In this document: positions 61,538 through 64,000 of the stretch, one piece after another
Layout of the letters: every line of letters starts with the position of its first letter
How positions within the stretch are numbered: position 1 is the first letter of the stretch
Source: Chiloscyllium plagiosum
Lineage: Eukaryota
DNA length: 64,000 nucleotides
Assembly: GCF_004010195.1 (NCBI RefSeq)
Contig: NC_057719.1
Coordinates: 81,702,850 to 81,766,849 of the forward strand
Direction: 5' to 3'
Notes under the pieces: model-generated
Told to the model about the DNA's origin: nothing
What the model saw: the letters and a program-made list of their open reading frames with translations, nothing else
Databases searched by the model: none
Made by a program: the position numbers and the translations under genes

Positions 61538-64000
61538 CATCATGCATATTATGTGCTGTACTGGCTACCTCATACCTCTAATTCCTCCAGGGAAGCAATC
61601 AATTATGAACGTGAGATCCTGTTAACTAATCCATTTTCCAAAACTTCAACACATTAACTACTCAATACTGTGCCAAAAGCCATAAACATAAAAGTTCCAA
61701 ACAGCCTATGGCATAAGATATGAATAAATCAGAACTATAGTCCATGAGGAAATATGGTTTTCTCCCAAGTCAAGTCTGCAGCCCAGCTTTAAGCCTTTAT
61801 AAATCTACTTCTTTAAAGGTATTGAAATTGGCATTGAAATTCTAACAGCCATACAATGGTTAAATTTGGCTGTTTAAGTCACATGATACAAAATTTCAAG
61901 ATTTAATTTTCCTTCTATTGCTTGATGTGTTTGATCCATTTTGTTCAACATGCTATCTTTGAACTCAAGCCTATTCCATGCCTTTATAAGTAGATTAATA
62001 TCTTTCATATGTTTTGCAAACTGAGTGAATGTCTATCATTGAGTCGCACAATAGTATTAAAAAAAGGCATAAAGTCTCCATATGGATGTCCGACAAATGG
62101 ACGTCCACGATAGATCCTTCAACTGTAGAAACATCATAATCAAGCCTAGCCCTGTTCTCTTAAGCAATATATACACACACACATACACACAAATCCATGT
62201 GCACACACGTATACTACATCCACATATGATCCATGAGACACATGTACAGAATTGCACATGACAATAAGAACTTGCATTTATGTGTCTCTTTTAATTTAGT
62301 AAAACATCCCCAGAAATTTCACATTGGATTTGGATTCAATTTGATTTATCACTATAAGCGTTGTCTTATGTGCTTTACAGGCAGATTGTGCTATACAAGT
62401 GCATCAGGATAACAAAACAGAGTGCAGGATGCAATGTTACAGCTGCCAAGAAGATCTAGAGAGAGATCAACATTAACATTAGAGTGGTCAATACAAAAGT
62501 CTGATAACAGCAGAGAAGAAGTTATGTTATCAAAAGTTAGCACCGTATCAAGTAGGATAGATGACAAAACGCTTGATTAAAGAGATAGATGGCAAAATGG
62601 AAAGAGAGAGAGAGAAATAAGTAGAGGTTTTGGACAAAGGGGAAAATGAAATTTCAGAGCTCAAGCCTAAGTATCAGGACTTCCCAAATTTTTCCTCAAT
62701 TTGACATTAATTAGAAGCATGGAAATTGCTTTAAGCCCAGAAGAGAAGGGGGTGGGGAAGTGCCCAGTGGTGGTGATGGGGTGCTGTCAGAGAGGGCCAC
62801 CTGGGGAGGGGGGAGGAGGGGCTGCTGTCACAGATGGGGGCGGGGGGGGGGGAGAATTGTCAGAGTGGAGAGGGTGAAAGCTGTCTGAGCAGGGTGGTGG
62901 TCTGTCAAAAGAAAAATGCATACATACATACTTTCCAACTGAGATCAGGAAAGCTCTCCACCCCTCACTGAAGGACACAACACAATGACAGTTCCCTTTC
63001 CTTTGACAGCTCAGGGCCAGGGTCAAACCTGGATATTCCTGTGCTCAGTTTAATTCCAGCTGTGGACTCTACCCACACTTTATCCCTCAATACAGAATTC
63101 ACACAAGGCGTGAGAAACTTGTTTTGGGGCGAGTTCGGAGGAACTGCTTCATCTGTTACTCACAGATCAATGTTTTTAACTAGGTTTCGCAACTTATTAA
63201 TTACCAGGAAAGACTGAAACTGTTAATAAATCTTTTCTCTGGAATAGAGTAGGGTGCCAGGTGACCTGATAGAGATCTTTACAGATCTGAAGAGGTTAGT
63301 TGAAGAGATGTTATCCTTGTGGCGAAATGAGGGCCTATAAACACAAAATCATTACTAATAAACAATAGGAAAATCTGAAGATAATTCTTCTCCTAGAATT
63401 GGTCAGACCATACAATTGGCTACCATAGGGAGTAATTATGCCAATTCACATTAAGGAGCATCTGGATTAAAACTTAAAATGCCAGGGCATAAAAACAATT
63501 GCAGGAAATTGGATTAATATAGTTTTGGGGTTTGTTGGTCAGCATGGTGGACCGAAGGGCCTGTTACTACCATGTGTGACTCTATGACATCACACTTATT
63601 ATGAAGCTTGATAAGTGCATGAGGGACACCGGAAAGGAAGGCTAGCAAACAGGCTGAGATTAAATTGGTTGCAGGGAAGCTCAAGCATACATTATTAATA
63701 CCAACACACACTGTCCACCTGCACCAAATGTCCTCTTTCTATTCGGTATAATCTACACAATGCTACGGAACTCATCAGAAGACAGACTTCATCCAGCACT
63801 GATTCCCTTCTAGCTGTTCTGTGCCCAACATCATATGAAACAATGCAAAAGTTCTACGTAACGCATTCATTTAATGCGACAGCACTTTGACACATCTCAA
63901 AATACTACACACAATCAATAGAACTCTATGTTATTCTTGGTTAGATTACTGTTGTACAATTAATATATATTATAATATATAAATCAGTTACCTCCACCTC

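Overview
Eukaryotic, repeat-dominated, probably intronic or intergenic sequence. The repeat families (HE1/V-SINE, HER1/CR1 LINE, Deu-domain SacSINE1-like) point to an elasmobranch, most likely a shark; this is inference. There is no intact long ORF. The window holds many decayed CR1-type LINEs (one near full length with an SGNH-esterase ORF1), several SINE families, Penelope-like elements (PLEs), a decayed Harbinger transposase, a decayed Gmr1-like Gypsy (integrase before RT), three solo LTRs with 5-bp TSDs, a 39-bp satellite and two N gaps. The most interesting structure is a set of short (about 150-270 bp) PLE-derived insertions. Each carries a minimal hammerhead-ribozyme motif (CTGANGA-A-GGGC-N4-GCCC-GAAACGTC), has an inverted arm and is flanked by a 13-18 bp TSD. 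In four of five the inverted arm starts at nearly the same base, and in three copies both arms share private variants. A chain of phase-compatible minus-strand exon candidates may belong to a host gene that I cannot identify (low confidence). Repeat boundaries are approximate unless a TSD is given, and family names come from recognition, not a database search.
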